From positions 13,578,001 through 13,642,000 of the forward strand of contig JBHGNT010000010.1 of NCBI GenBank assembly GCA_043228905.1: a stretch of 64,000 nucleotides of DNA, in the 5' to 3' direction. The notes under the pieces were generated by a model. The model had not been told where the DNA came from. It saw only the letters and a program-made list of their open reading frames with translations, and did not search any database. The first letter of the stretch is position 1; every line of letters starts with the position of its first letter. Positions 1-9,669 of this stretch are shown here, piece after piece. This DNA is from Azolla caroliniana. Its lineage: Eukaryota; Plantae; Polypodiophyta. Made by a program: the position numbers and the translations under genes.

Positions 1-298
1 AAGTGAGAGTGAGAGAGAGAGAGAAAAAGGAAGAGGTCGACGCCTCTGTGTAATACCGCCGCCTGTGGCGAGGACAGCGAGCTCAAGGTCGTCGCCCTGC
101 AGCTCGCCATTGTACATTCCCTGCGTATAGTGATAGTTGGAGTCTTGCACTCCCGTGGTTTTTCCCGTCTAGGGTTTTCCACGTTAAACCCTGTGCATTC
201 GAGTCTCTCTCTGTGTTTTCGATTTTCTGCTGCACTGATTCGTGTTTCCTCGGTTGTGGCCGAGAGGAGAAGAAATTGGAAAGAGACAATTCCTAACA
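1..298 (+). repeat. 5' LTR of A (partial)
   Basis: Matches 4767-5064 at offset 4766 (the ORFs 83..289 and 4849..5055 are identical). Ends ...CCTAACA just before the PBS. Confidence 0.97.
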
Positions 299-301
299 AT
301 C

Positions 302-313
302 TGGTATCAGAGC
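302..313 (+). other. Primer-binding site, tRNA-iMet (TGGTATCAGAGC)
   Basis: Canonical plant Copia PBS, 3 nt after the LTR end. Confidence 0.95.
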
Positions 314-329
314 GACTGCAGTGCAGAAA

Positions 330-3300
330 ATGGAAGGCGGCAGCAGCGGGCAGCCGGTGATGATGGTGCTGAATGCGCAGAACTACGCCGACTGGAAGAT
401 AAAGATGGAGGATCTGCTAATTGTTCGGGACCTGTATGAACCGATCGACAGGTCGGAAATACCCAAGGGGGTACTTGAGACGGAATGGAGGCTTCTGAAC
501 CGGAAAGCCGTTGCGACCATTCGGCAATACGTCGACGTGAGCGTTCTACAACACGTGGCGAATGACACCAACGCATATGAGATGTGGCAGAAGCTGTCGG
601 GCCTCTACGAGAGGAAGAATGCGTTGAACCGGACCTCCCTGATGAGGAAGATAGTGAACCTCAAGTACCGGGACGGCGAGAGTATGGTGGAACACGTAAG
701 CACGTTCATGGGATTCGTGAACCAGCTTGCGGCGATCAAGTTCCCGTTGGAGGATGCAATGCAAGCCATCATCCTGATGTGTACATTGCCGGCAAGCTGG
801 GAGAACTTGGTGGTGACTCTCAGCACCTCCTGCACCGAAGATAACTTGTCCCTACAAACGGTAAAGACAAGCATTTTGAACGAAGAAGCGTGTCGGAGAG
901 ATAAAGAACCGGCCTCCGATCCGAAGATGCTGCTTACCGAATCGGATCGGGGAAGACAACGGAACCGGAGTCCGCAAAGACGGGAGAAGTCGGGGACCCG
1001 GTCGCAGTCAAGAGGAAGGCCCACATGCTTCCACTGTGGGAAGCCGGGGCACTTCCGAAAGAATTGTCGGCATTACCGAAAAGACAACGGAGCCGACGAC
1101 ACCGATTCGAAGAAGTCTTCGGAACGGAACGGTGCTTACCGGGGAGCCACGGACCGAAATGGTTCGGATCGGCGAGAGCAGGACCGGAAAGGAACGACGG
1201 CACTCGCGGCAAGTGAAGAGGAGATCATGCTCATCACCGAAGAAGGTGAACTAAACATTGCCGGCGATGAGACTACCTGGGTGGTCGATTCCGGAGCGTC
1301 GTTCCACCTTACCCCGGAAAGAAGATACTTCTCATCCTACACAGCCGGTGAGCATGGCTGTGTTCGGATGGGAAATGAAGGTACGTGCCGGATTGCCGGC
1401 ATAGGAGACGTGTGGTTGACAACCTCGACCGGATGCAAAATGTTGCTGAAGGATGTCCGACACGTTCCGGAGGTGCGATTGAACCTGATTTCGGCCGGGA
1501 GGCTAGACGATGAAGGCTACATAGGTAGCATCCGGAACGGCGTAATGAAGTTCAGCAAGGGGAGCCTGATAGTGGCTCGGGCCCGGAAAGTCAACACACT
1601 GTACCTTATGAATGCCTGGTTGTGTCCGGAGGAGTTGAACGTGGCAGCCGACACTGCCGGTGAGCTGTGGCACAAGAGACTGTGCCACATGAGTGAGAAG
1701 GGGATGAAGAGGCTTGCAGAAGACAACCTTATTCCAGTGAAGCATGTGCACCTGGAGAAGTGCACCGATTGCCTGGCCGGTAAGCAGAACCGAACCTCCT
1801 TTCACTCAAGGCCACCGACGAGACGTAGCGCACCATTGGAGTTGGTGCACACTGACGTGTGTCAAGTAGAAACGAAGTCACATGGCGGAGCCCAGTACTT
1901 CGTGACATTCATTGATGACCACAGCCGGAAGCTGTGGACGGCACCGTTGAAGACAAAGGACCAAGTGTTGTGCGTCTTCAAAGAACTCCACGCGAGAGTG
2001 GAAAGGGAATCCGGCAAGAAGCTGAAAGCGATACGAGCAGATAACGGAGGAGAATACCGAGGGCAATTCGAGGAGTATTGTCGCTCGAAGGGAATCCGGC
2101 TCGAGTTTACTGTGCCGAAGACGCCGGAACTGAACGGGCTGGCCGAGAGGATGAACCGGACCATAATGGAGAGGGTCCGGAGTATGCTGGCGCATGCGAA
2201 ATTACCCAAGGGGTTTTGGGCTGAGGCAATGTCGACGGCGACATACGTGATAAACAGATCACCCTCAGTACCTTTGGACGGAGACACGCCGCAGAGAGTG
2301 TGGACCGGTAGGGAAGTATCCTACCGGCATCTGAAAGTGTTCGGGTGTCTCGCATATGTGCATGTGGCAAAGGACCGGAGAGGAAAGCTAGATCCAAAGA
2401 CCCGGCCATGCATATTCCTCGGTTACGGCGATGACGAGTTCGGCTACCGTGTATGGGACCCGGTCGACAAAAGGATATTCCAGAGTCGTGATATCATCTT
2501 CATGGAGGACAAGACACTCGCCGATTGGGAGTCGGAGAAGAAGATGAAGAGCTCCAAGTCGACCAGTGAGGATCAACTCTACGAGGAGCAGTCCCGACCG
2601 GAAAGGGACCGGTTAGCACTCGAGGATCCGGCCGAAGACGGTGAAGAAACAGAACCGGATGAGGAAGATGAAACTGATACCGGAACCGGCCCCGATCCCG
2701 AAATGGATTCGGATGAAGAGGAAACGGACGAGCCGGTTACCGAAGCTCCGGAACGGAGATATCCTCTAAGAGAGAGAAGGGCCCTCCGGAGATTTCCGGA
2801 ACCAGAGCACGTGCTGCTAACCGACGAAGGGGAGCCGGAGAGTTTTGAAGAAGCAAAGCTTGACATCCATAGCCTCAAGTGGTTAAGTGCCATGCAGGAG
2901 GAGATGGATTCCCTGCATGAGAACCACACATATGAACTTGTGGAGTTGCTGAAAGGAAAGCGGGCACTTCGAAACAAGTGGGTGTTCAAGCTGAAACCGG
3001 GAGATGCCGGAAACCCCCCGAGATACAAAGCTAGGATCGTGGTGAAGGGGTTCCAACAGAAGAAGGGCGTCGACTTCGACGAGATATTTGCCCCGATAGT
3101 GAAGATGACCTCCATCCGGACGGTGCTGAGCATAGCGGCAAGCATGGACCTCGAGGTAGAACAGATGGACGTGAAGACGGCATTCCTTCACGGTGACCTC
3201 GAAGAAGAGATCTACATGCAGCAACCGGAAGGATTCGAGAAGAAAGGGAAGGAGCACCTGGTATGCCGGTTGAAGAAGAGCCTTTACGGACTGAAGCAGG

Positions 3301-4403
3301 CTCCCCGGCAATGGTACCGGAAGTTCGACTCTTTCATGACCGACGAAGGTTACCACAAAACGCAGTCCGATCACTGCGTGTTTGTGAAGAAGTTCGAAGG
3401 AGGAGACTTTCTAATACTCCTCCTGTACGTGGACGACATGTTGATCGTCGGACGGGACCAGGTCAAGATACGGATGTTGAAGAAAGCGCTTCACCGAACC
3501 TTCTCAATGAAGGACCTGGGTCCGGCGAGGCAAATACTAGGGATGCACATCATCCGGGACCGGAAGAAGAAGCAGTTGTGGCTGTCACAGGAGAAGTACG
3601 TGACAAAGGTGCTTCACCGGTTCAACATGTCGGAAGAAAGACCGGTCGGGTCAACCCTCCCGGCAAACTGCAAGTTGTCCAGCAAGCAAAGCCCCAAGAC
3701 AAAGGCTGAGAAGGAGGACATGATGAAAGTACCATATGCCTCTGCCGTCGGAAGCTTGATGTACGCAATGGTGTGTACAAGACCGGACTTGGTATATGCA
3801 GTCGGAGTGGTGAGCTGGTACATGAGCAATCCCGGCAAAGAGCACTGGAACGCGGCCAAGTGGATACTCCGATACCTGAAGGGCACGGCAAACGTGTGCC
3901 TCCGATTCGGCTCCGGTAAGCCCGAACTCGACGGCTTTACCGATTCGGATATGTCGGCTGATGCAGATAGCAGCCGGTCCACATCAGGGTATGTGATGAC
4001 GTATGCAGGGGGAGCTGTTTCGTGGCAGTCGAGGCTGCAGAAGACGGTTGCGTTGTCAACCACGGAGGCGGAGTACATGGCGGCTGTTGAAGCCGGCAAG
4101 GAAATAATATGGATGAAGGACTTCATTAGAGAGCTTGGTATCCGGCAGGAGGATTACCGACTCTACTGCGACAGTCAGAGTGCCATCCACCTTGCGAAGA
4201 ACGCGACCTATCACTCCCGGACGAAGCACATCCAACGAAGATATCACTGGATCCGGGAAAGGATAGAAGACCAGGAGTTCGTGCTGACGAAGATCCACAC
4301 GGACGAGAACGGGTCAGATATGCTGACCAAAGTGCTCACACCCGACAAGCTGGAAGCGTGCCGGAAGAGGGTCGGACTGGAAAGACATCCCATGCCGAAG
4401 TGA
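330..4403 (+). CDS. Copia gag-pol polyprotein (gag, CCHC knuckle, protease, integrase, RT, RNase H), 1357 aa
   Basis: Motifs CFHCGKPGHFRKNC, WVVDSGASFH, WHKRLCH...CTDC, VHTD/RADNGGE/NGLAER, LLYVDDML, ADMLTK-like SDMLTK, in Copia order PR-INT-RT-RH. First ATG is at 330. Confidence 0.97.
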   Translation: MEGGSSGQPVMMVLNAQNYADWKIKMEDLLIVRDLYEPIDRSEIPKGVLETEWRLLNRKAVATIRQYVDVSVLQHVANDTNAYEMWQKLSGLYERKNALNRTSLMRKIVNLKYRDGESMVEHVSTFMGFVNQLAAIKFPLEDAMQAIILMCTLPASWENLVVTLSTSCTEDNLSLQTVKTSILNEEACRRDKEPASDPKMLLTESDRGRQRNRSPQRREKSGTRSQSRGRPTCFHCGKPGHFRKNCRHYRKDNGADDTDSKKSSERNGAYRGATDRNGSDRREQDRKGTTALAASEEEIMLITEEGELNIAGDETTWVVDSGASFHLTPERRYFSSYTAGEHGCVRMGNEGTCRIAGIGDVWLTTSTGCKMLLKDVRHVPEVRLNLISAGRLDDEGYIGSIRNGVMKFSKGSLIVARARKVNTLYLMNAWLCPEELNVAADTAGELWHKRLCHMSEKGMKRLAEDNLIPVKHVHLEKCTDCLAGKQNRTSFHSRPPTRRSAPLELVHTDVCQVETKSHGGAQYFVTFIDDHSRKLWTAPLKTKDQVLCVFKELHARVERESGKKLKAIRADNGGEYRGQFEEYCRSKGIRLEFTVPKTPELNGLAERMNRTIMERVRSMLAHAKLPKGFWAEAMSTATYVINRSPSVPLDGDTPQRVWTGREVSYRHLKVFGCLAYVHVAKDRRGKLDPKTRPCIFLGYGDDEFGYRVWDPVDKRIFQSRDIIFMEDKTLADWESEKKMKSSKSTSEDQLYEEQSRPERDRLALEDPAEDGEETEPDEEDETDTGTGPDPEMDSDEEETDEPVTEAPERRYPLRERRALRRFPEPEHVLLTDEGEPESFEEAKLDIHSLKWLSAMQEEMDSLHENHTYELVELLKGKRALRNKWVFKLKPGDAGNPPRYKARIVVKGFQQKKGVDFDEIFAPIVKMTSIRTVLSIAASMDLEVEQMDVKTAFLHGDLEEEIYMQQPEGFEKKGKEHLVCRLKKSLYGLKQAPRQWYRKFDSFMTDEGYHKTQSDHCVFVKKFEGGDFLILLLYVDDMLIVGRDQVKIRMLKKALHRTFSMKDLGPARQILGMHIIRDRKKKQLWLSQEKYVTKVLHRFNMSEERPVGSTLPANCKLSSKQSPKTKAEKEDMMKVPYASAVGSLMYAMVCTRPDLVYAVGVVSWYMSNPGKEHWNAAKWILRYLKGTANVCLRFGSGKPELDGFTDSDMSADADSSRSTSGYVMTYAGGAVSWQSRLQKTVALSTTEAEYMAAVEAGKEIIWMKDFIRELGIRQEDYRLYCDSQSAIHLAKNATYHSRTKHIQRRYHWIRERIEDQEFVLTKIHTDENGSDMLTKVLTPDKLEACRKRVGLERHPMPK

Positions 4404-4411
4404 AGGGGGAG
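4399..4411 (+). other. Polypurine tract of A
   Basis: AGTGAAGGGGGAG overlaps the pol stop codon, 2 nt before the LTR start TGTTGGG. Confidence 0.9.
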
Positions 4412-4413
4412 TT

Positions 4414-5064
4414 TGTTGGGATTACGGTCCCTCCGAATGGGATGGTCGGATGTCCGGGAATCGGGAATGAAGACCCGAATGAGGAGTACCCGGTATCGGA
4501 GCCGGATGATGAAGACTCGGTTCCGGATCCGGATGATGAAGACCCCGGCTACGGAGCCGGATGATGAAGACCCCGGCTACAGAGCCGGATGACGAATGTA
4601 CCCGGAGAGAGATCCGGATGCGGGGACATATTTGTGAATATGTTTGCCAAGGGCCCTTGAGGCTATATTTGTAAATAGCCCGAAAGTCATATGTGTATAA
4701 ATATGACTTAGGGCAAACAGTTTTGTAGTTGTTGCTCATTTGTCTGTTTTCCACTCAGAGGGAGTGAAGTGAGAGTGAGAGAGAGAGAGAAAAAGGAAGA
4801 GGTCGACGCCTCTGTGTAATACCGCCGCCTGTGGCGAGGACAGCGAGCTCAAGGTCGTCGCCCTGCAGCTCGCCATTGTACATTCCCTGCGTATAGTGAT
4901 AGTTGGAGTCTTGCACTCCCGTGGTTTTTCCCGTCTAGGGTTTTCCACGTTAAACCCTGTGCATTCGAGTCTCTCTCTGTGTTTTCGATTTTCTGCTGCA
5001 CTGATTCGTGTTTCCTCGGTTGTGGCCGAGAGGAGAAGAAATTGGAAAGAGACAATTCCTAACA
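4414..5064 (+). repeat. 3' LTR of A (651 bp)
   Basis: TG...CA ends, TATAAATA at ~4696, a GA microsatellite and U3 tandem repeats. Confidence 0.97.
4475..4620 (+). repeat. U3 tandem repeats, ~27-29 bp unit (CCGGATGATGAAGACCCCGGCTACGGAG-like)
   Basis: Units start near 4475, 4502, 4529, 4557, 4585 and 4614. Confidence 0.85.
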
Positions 5065-7680
5065 GTTCAGACCCTTCTTCAGCATCCAAATCTAGACTTG
5101 GTCTCGTCGGACGATCAACATATCATCCACATATAGGAGGAGTATAAGGAAATCTCCTCTTTTAAATTTCTTCACAAACACGGAGTGATCGGCTTGTGTT
5201 TTGTGGTGCCCTTGGTTAGTCATGAAGGAGTCAAACTTCCGGTACCATTGCCGGGGAGCTTGCTTCAATCCATATAAGCTCTTCTTCAGCCGACACACCA
5301 AGTGCTCCCTCCCTTTCTTCTCATATCCTTCCTGTTGATGCATGTAGATCTCTTCTTCGAGGTCACCATGTAGGAATACCATCTTGACGTCCAGTTGCTC
5401 TACCTTGAGGTCCATGGTTGCCGCTATTCCCAATACCATCCGGATGGATGTCATCTTTACTACCGGGGAAAAGATCTCATCGAAATCCACTCCTTTCTTC
5501 TGCTAGAACCCCTTCACCATGATCTGGGCTTTGTATCTCGGTGGATTTCCAGCATCTCCCGGTTTCAGCTTGTACACCCACTTGTTCCGGAGTGGCCTCT
5601 TTCCTTTCTACAACTCCGTCAGTTCATACGTGTGGTTCTCATGTAGGGAATCCATGTCATCCTGCATGACACTTAACCACTTGCGGCTGTGGGTGTCTCT
5701 CTTAGCCTCTTCGAAGCTTTCCGACTCCCCCTCCTCGGTTAGCAACACATGCTCTGCATCTGGAAATCTCCGGGGGGCTCTTCTCTCTCGGAGAGGATAT
5801 CTCCATCCCTGGTTTTTGACTACCGGTTCCTCCATTTGTTCCTCATCCGAATCCGATTCGGGATCTTGTCCGGTTCCCGTGTCTTGAACCGGGTAGGTTC
5901 TTGTGTCCTCAGGCTGGTTTTCATTGAATGATCCGGAGTTGATCATCTTCTTATCGGACTCCCAGTCGGCAATGGTCCTATCTTCCATGAACACTATGTC
6001 CCGACTTCGGAACACCATCTTGTCGACCAGATCCGACACCCGATAACCAAACTCATCATCTCCGTATCCAAGGAATATGCATGGCCGGGACTTCGGATCC
6101 AGCTTTGCTCTCTTGTCCTTCGCCACATGCACGTATGCGAGACACCCGAACACCTTTAGATGCTGGTAAGATACATCTTTACCGGTCCATACTTTTTGAG
6201 GTGAGTCTCCTCCCAAGGCTACCGAGGGTGATCTATTTATCACATAGGTCACTGTCGTCAGCACCTCAGACCAAAACGTCTTGGGTAACTCGGCATGTGT
6301 GAGCATGCTCCGAAGTCTCTCCATTATGGTCCGGTTCATCCTTTTGGCCAACCCATTCAATTGTGGCGTCTTCGGCACGGTAAATTCGAGCTAGATTCCC
6401 TTCGACCGGTTGTAGTCCTCGAACTGTGCCTGGTATTCTACTCCGTTATCTGATCGAACCGCCTTTAGCTTCCGACTAGTTTCTCTTTCCACTCTCGCGT
6501 GGACCTCCTTAAAGACAGGCAACCCATGTAGCCTTCATCATCTAGCCGATTGGCTGATATCAGGTTCAGTCGAACCTCCGGAATGTGTCGGACATCCTTC
6601 AGTAGCAACTTGCATCCAGTTGATGTCGTCAAAAACACATCTCCTATGTCGACAATTCGGCATGTACCTTTATTCCCCATCTGAACACAACCATGATCAC
6701 CGGCAATGTAGGATGAGAAGCATTTCCGATCCGGTGTCAGGTGGAACGACACTCCGGAATTGACAACCCACCTTGTCTCATCGCCGACAAGGTTTAACTC
6801 ATTCTCTTAGGTAATGAGCATCGATTTCTCTTCACTTGTCGCGATTGCCAACGTTCCCTTCCGATTCGGGCTTCTCCGGTTCGAACAGTTTTGGTCCGAA
6901 CTCTGCTTCGAATTGGTGGTGCCGGTTTCTTTCTCTTTCCGGAAATGCCGACAGTTCTTCTGGAAGTGCCCTGGCTTCCCACAATAGAAGCAAGTAGGTC
7001 TCCCCCTTGACTTCGACCTTGTTCCCGATTTGTCCCAGTTTTGGGGACTCCATTACTGGCCTCTTCCTCGGTTGTGGTCATCTTTCGTAACCAAGGCCTT
7101 CGGATCAGTTCTGGACTCCTGGTCCTTCCGGTGAGCCTCTTCATCTAGCAAAATTGACTTTACCCTTGCTAGGGGCAACTATTTTCCTTCCGGCCTGACA
7201 TTGCCCAATGTGACAACTAGCGTTTCCCAACTATCCGGGAGGGAACCAAGCAGGAGTAATGCGAGTACCTCATCGGCAAGAGGTACTTCCAACAAGGTTG
7301 CTTGGTGGATCAGTCCCTGCAAGGCATTCATTTGCTTTGCCATACTAGAGCCGTCCTGGTACTGGAGCCTCACTAGCTTCCGGAATACCGAAACCGATCT
7401 TGTTCTGGAATATGATGCCGATCTTCTCCCAGAGTTCATGAGCCTTGCTCTCGTCATTGAATTTGTTGTACAGGCTCATGTCGATGAAGCATCGGATGTA
7501 TGCAATCGTCTTCATGTGCATCACCTCCCACACCGTGGCGTCGATCTTATCCGGTCTCTTGTCCCCGAACTGAACCGGCAACCAAAGATCTTTAACCACT
7601 AGCATATCCCTCATCTTCGACTTCCACACTGAGTAGCTAGAGCTAGTGAGTTGGAACATGCCGCCGAACGATTCTTCCAT
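5065..7680 (-). pseudogene. Degenerate gag-pol of B
   Basis: ORF pieces 7345..7680, 7179..7457, 6465..6752, 5608..6378 and 5092..5490 are homologous to Copia gag/pol, with stops and frameshifts. Confidence 0.92.
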
Positions 7681-7709
7681 TTCTTGTGTTGTTCGCTCTA
7701 ATACCAGTT

Positions 7710-8264
7710 TGAAGAGAATAGCGCGAAATACTGCTCAGCCATAACCGAGTAATGAAACACTTCGTTTAAGTATTAAAAACAGAAATGGGAATAGAGATGA
7801 AGACTTGAACACACACTAACAATAGAGAGTACACAAGATGTTTACGTGGAAAACCCTAGTAGGGAAAAACCACGGGAGCCCACAGGCTCCGAACTATCAC
7901 TATTATGAGAGAGATACAATCAGAGACTTGGAGACAATGACCTTGAGCTTTGTTTCTTCGCCAAGCGGCGGTTACAACAGAAACCGTTTTGTATCTCTCT
8001 CTATAAACAATTATGCACATACAACAATATGGCTACAACTCACAACCACATAAAGTGATTGCCCTAAGTCATATTTATACTTATATGAACTTAGGGCTAT
8101 TTACAAATATAGCCTCAATAGGCTTACTCAGAAAAACATATTTACAGATATGTCTCTCTTCTGGTTCTCACCGGGTCTCCTCCGGTTTCCGTATCTCTTC
8201 TAGTTCTCACTAAGTCCTCTTCATTCATCACCGGATGCCATCCGGAGGGACCGATATCCCAACA
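7710..8264 (-). repeat. 5' LTR of B
   Basis: Adjacent to the PBS, TG...CA ends, and shares the TATA block TTGCCCTAAGTCATATTTATAC with the LTRs of A, D and I. Confidence 0.9.
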
Positions 8265-9669
8265 GGTAAGACCAAAAGGCATCACCTTGTAGTCGAGATG
8301 CCCATAGCACGCCCGTAAGGCTATTTTCCAGTTGTCCCCAGGTCGATTTAGATTGTAGGCTCCCCCCCGTAGGTTGATTTTGGAGAAGATACGCCCGGTT
8401 TGGAGTCGATCGAGGAGCACTAGAATTAAGGGCAAGGGATAATGATTACGCATCGTAATTTTTTTGAGACCCCGATAATGCACACATAGGCGTAATGAGC
8501 CATCCTTCTTCTTGACAAATAAAATTGGGGCCCCGGTTGGTGATTTGGAGGGTTGAATGAAACCCTTTACGAGGTTGTCAACCGGATATGTGCAGAGGGC
8601 CTCAAGTTCGGGTTCCGATAGCCCATAAATCAGGCTGAATGGTGGATGCTCACCAACTTGGAGTTCAATTGGGCAATCGTAGGGGCGATGTGCCAGTAAC
8701 CAATCTGCATTTTGCTTATCAAATATATCCGAAATGTCGCTATATCGTCTAGGTAAATTGTTGATAGGAATGGAGATGTCCTGCGACAAAATGGCCAGTG
8801 TAGCGACCAAGCCGGAATCGGCCGCACCGGAAAAATGATGGAGCGATTGCACCAATCCACTATCGGATTGTGTCTCCAACCAAGATAGCCCCAAAACAGT
8901 TGGATGTCTAGGGGTTGCAATGAGGTAGAAGGTTAGTACCTCATGGTGGGGCATGACTTGAAGTACCAACGGGATAGTGACTTCTGTAACCGCCCCTAAA
9001 GAGAGAACTCGACCCTTGATTGCTTCAACAGATATGGGTTGTGATGTGCGGACGGTGGGGACATTATGTGCATGGACAAATGATATATCAATAAAACAAG
9101 TAGATGCTTGGGAGTCGACCAAAGCATGAGAGTGTATTGATGTTGACCCAAAACAAAGAAAACCCTCCTAATGGTGGAATGGACTTGTAGGAGCATGGAG
9201 AAGGTGGGTAACGGGAAGCGTCCAACGACATGACTCCTATTGCAGCCGGACTTGGTCGTTTTCCTGTTGTCCAGGAACCTCTACAAGACGTGCACGGTGG
9301 AATTGGTGTCACGGGCCCCGCACCGGGCATGGCCAGGGTTACCACAATAGAGACATAGGCCATTGGCACGACGATGTTGGCGTTGGGCCATAGTTAGTGG
9401 TTGGAACCAAGCGTGGTCGATCTCCATCGGGGTATAGGAATCGACCTCCATCGAAGGATGAGTATCATTGGGTGAGGGTATGATTGTGTGGTGGGTGAAG
9501 CTGAGACGTAGGGCCAGGCTATTAATGCGTTTTGGGAGGAAGATTGAAATCCGTGAGTCCCACGTTCTTCCTGATGAAGTTCGAACATACAATTATCACA
9601 TTGGACGGCTTGGGAGATTACTTGAGACAACGATGTGGGCTCCGGAAATTTCAAGAGAAGAGTCTTGAC
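8265..9669 (-). pseudogene. Ty3/Gypsy chromovirus (Tcn1/Tf1-like) element C: gag C-terminus, protease, RT N-terminus
   Basis: RRANGLCLYCGNPGH knuckle, VDSQASTCFID protease, HRPYDCPIEL, SKSPTGAPILFVKKKDGSLRLCV and YGHLDYKVMPFGLT. Confidence 0.9.
9258..9264 (-). other. Putative -1 ribosomal frameshift site (GGAAAAC) between gag and pol of C
   Basis: gag reads ...QENDQVRLQ* (stop 9237-9239) while the overlapping frame continues TGKRPSP... toward the protease. Confidence 0.55.

Larger units (their letters stand above)
1..5064 (+). mobile_element. Ty1/Copia LTR retrotransposon A (Tork/Tnt1-like), near intact; start of 5' LTR lies outside the window
   Basis: Layout is LTR(1-298), PBS, single gag-pol ORF, PPT, LTR(4414-5064). 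It is inserted into the RT region of element B; the right flank GTTCA is the candidate TSD. Confidence 0.97.
5065..8264 (-). mobile_element. Decayed Copia element B (Tork-like pol, divergent gag), 5' part; interrupted by A
   Basis: Fragmented gag (starts 7680), knuckle CFYCGKPGHF, protease, integrase with a deletion at ~6510, and RT to 5065. PBS 7695-7706 (TGGTATTAGAGC), 5' LTR 7710-8264. It is inserted into RT motif VMPFGLT of element C. Confidence 0.92.

Noticed and set aside
321-329. ORF-track starts at 321 and 32167 for the polyproteins
   Set aside because: These are non-ATG starts in the leader or LTR; the first ATGs are at 330 and 32095.
605-4298. Antisense and alternate-frame ORFs shared by A and I
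   Set aside because: They are shadows of GC-rich, nearly identical coding sequence and have no independent motifs.
4358-4564. Acidic peptide encoded by the U3 repeats
   Set aside because: It is a by-product of GATGATGAA repeats; unit lengths of 27-29 bp break the frame.
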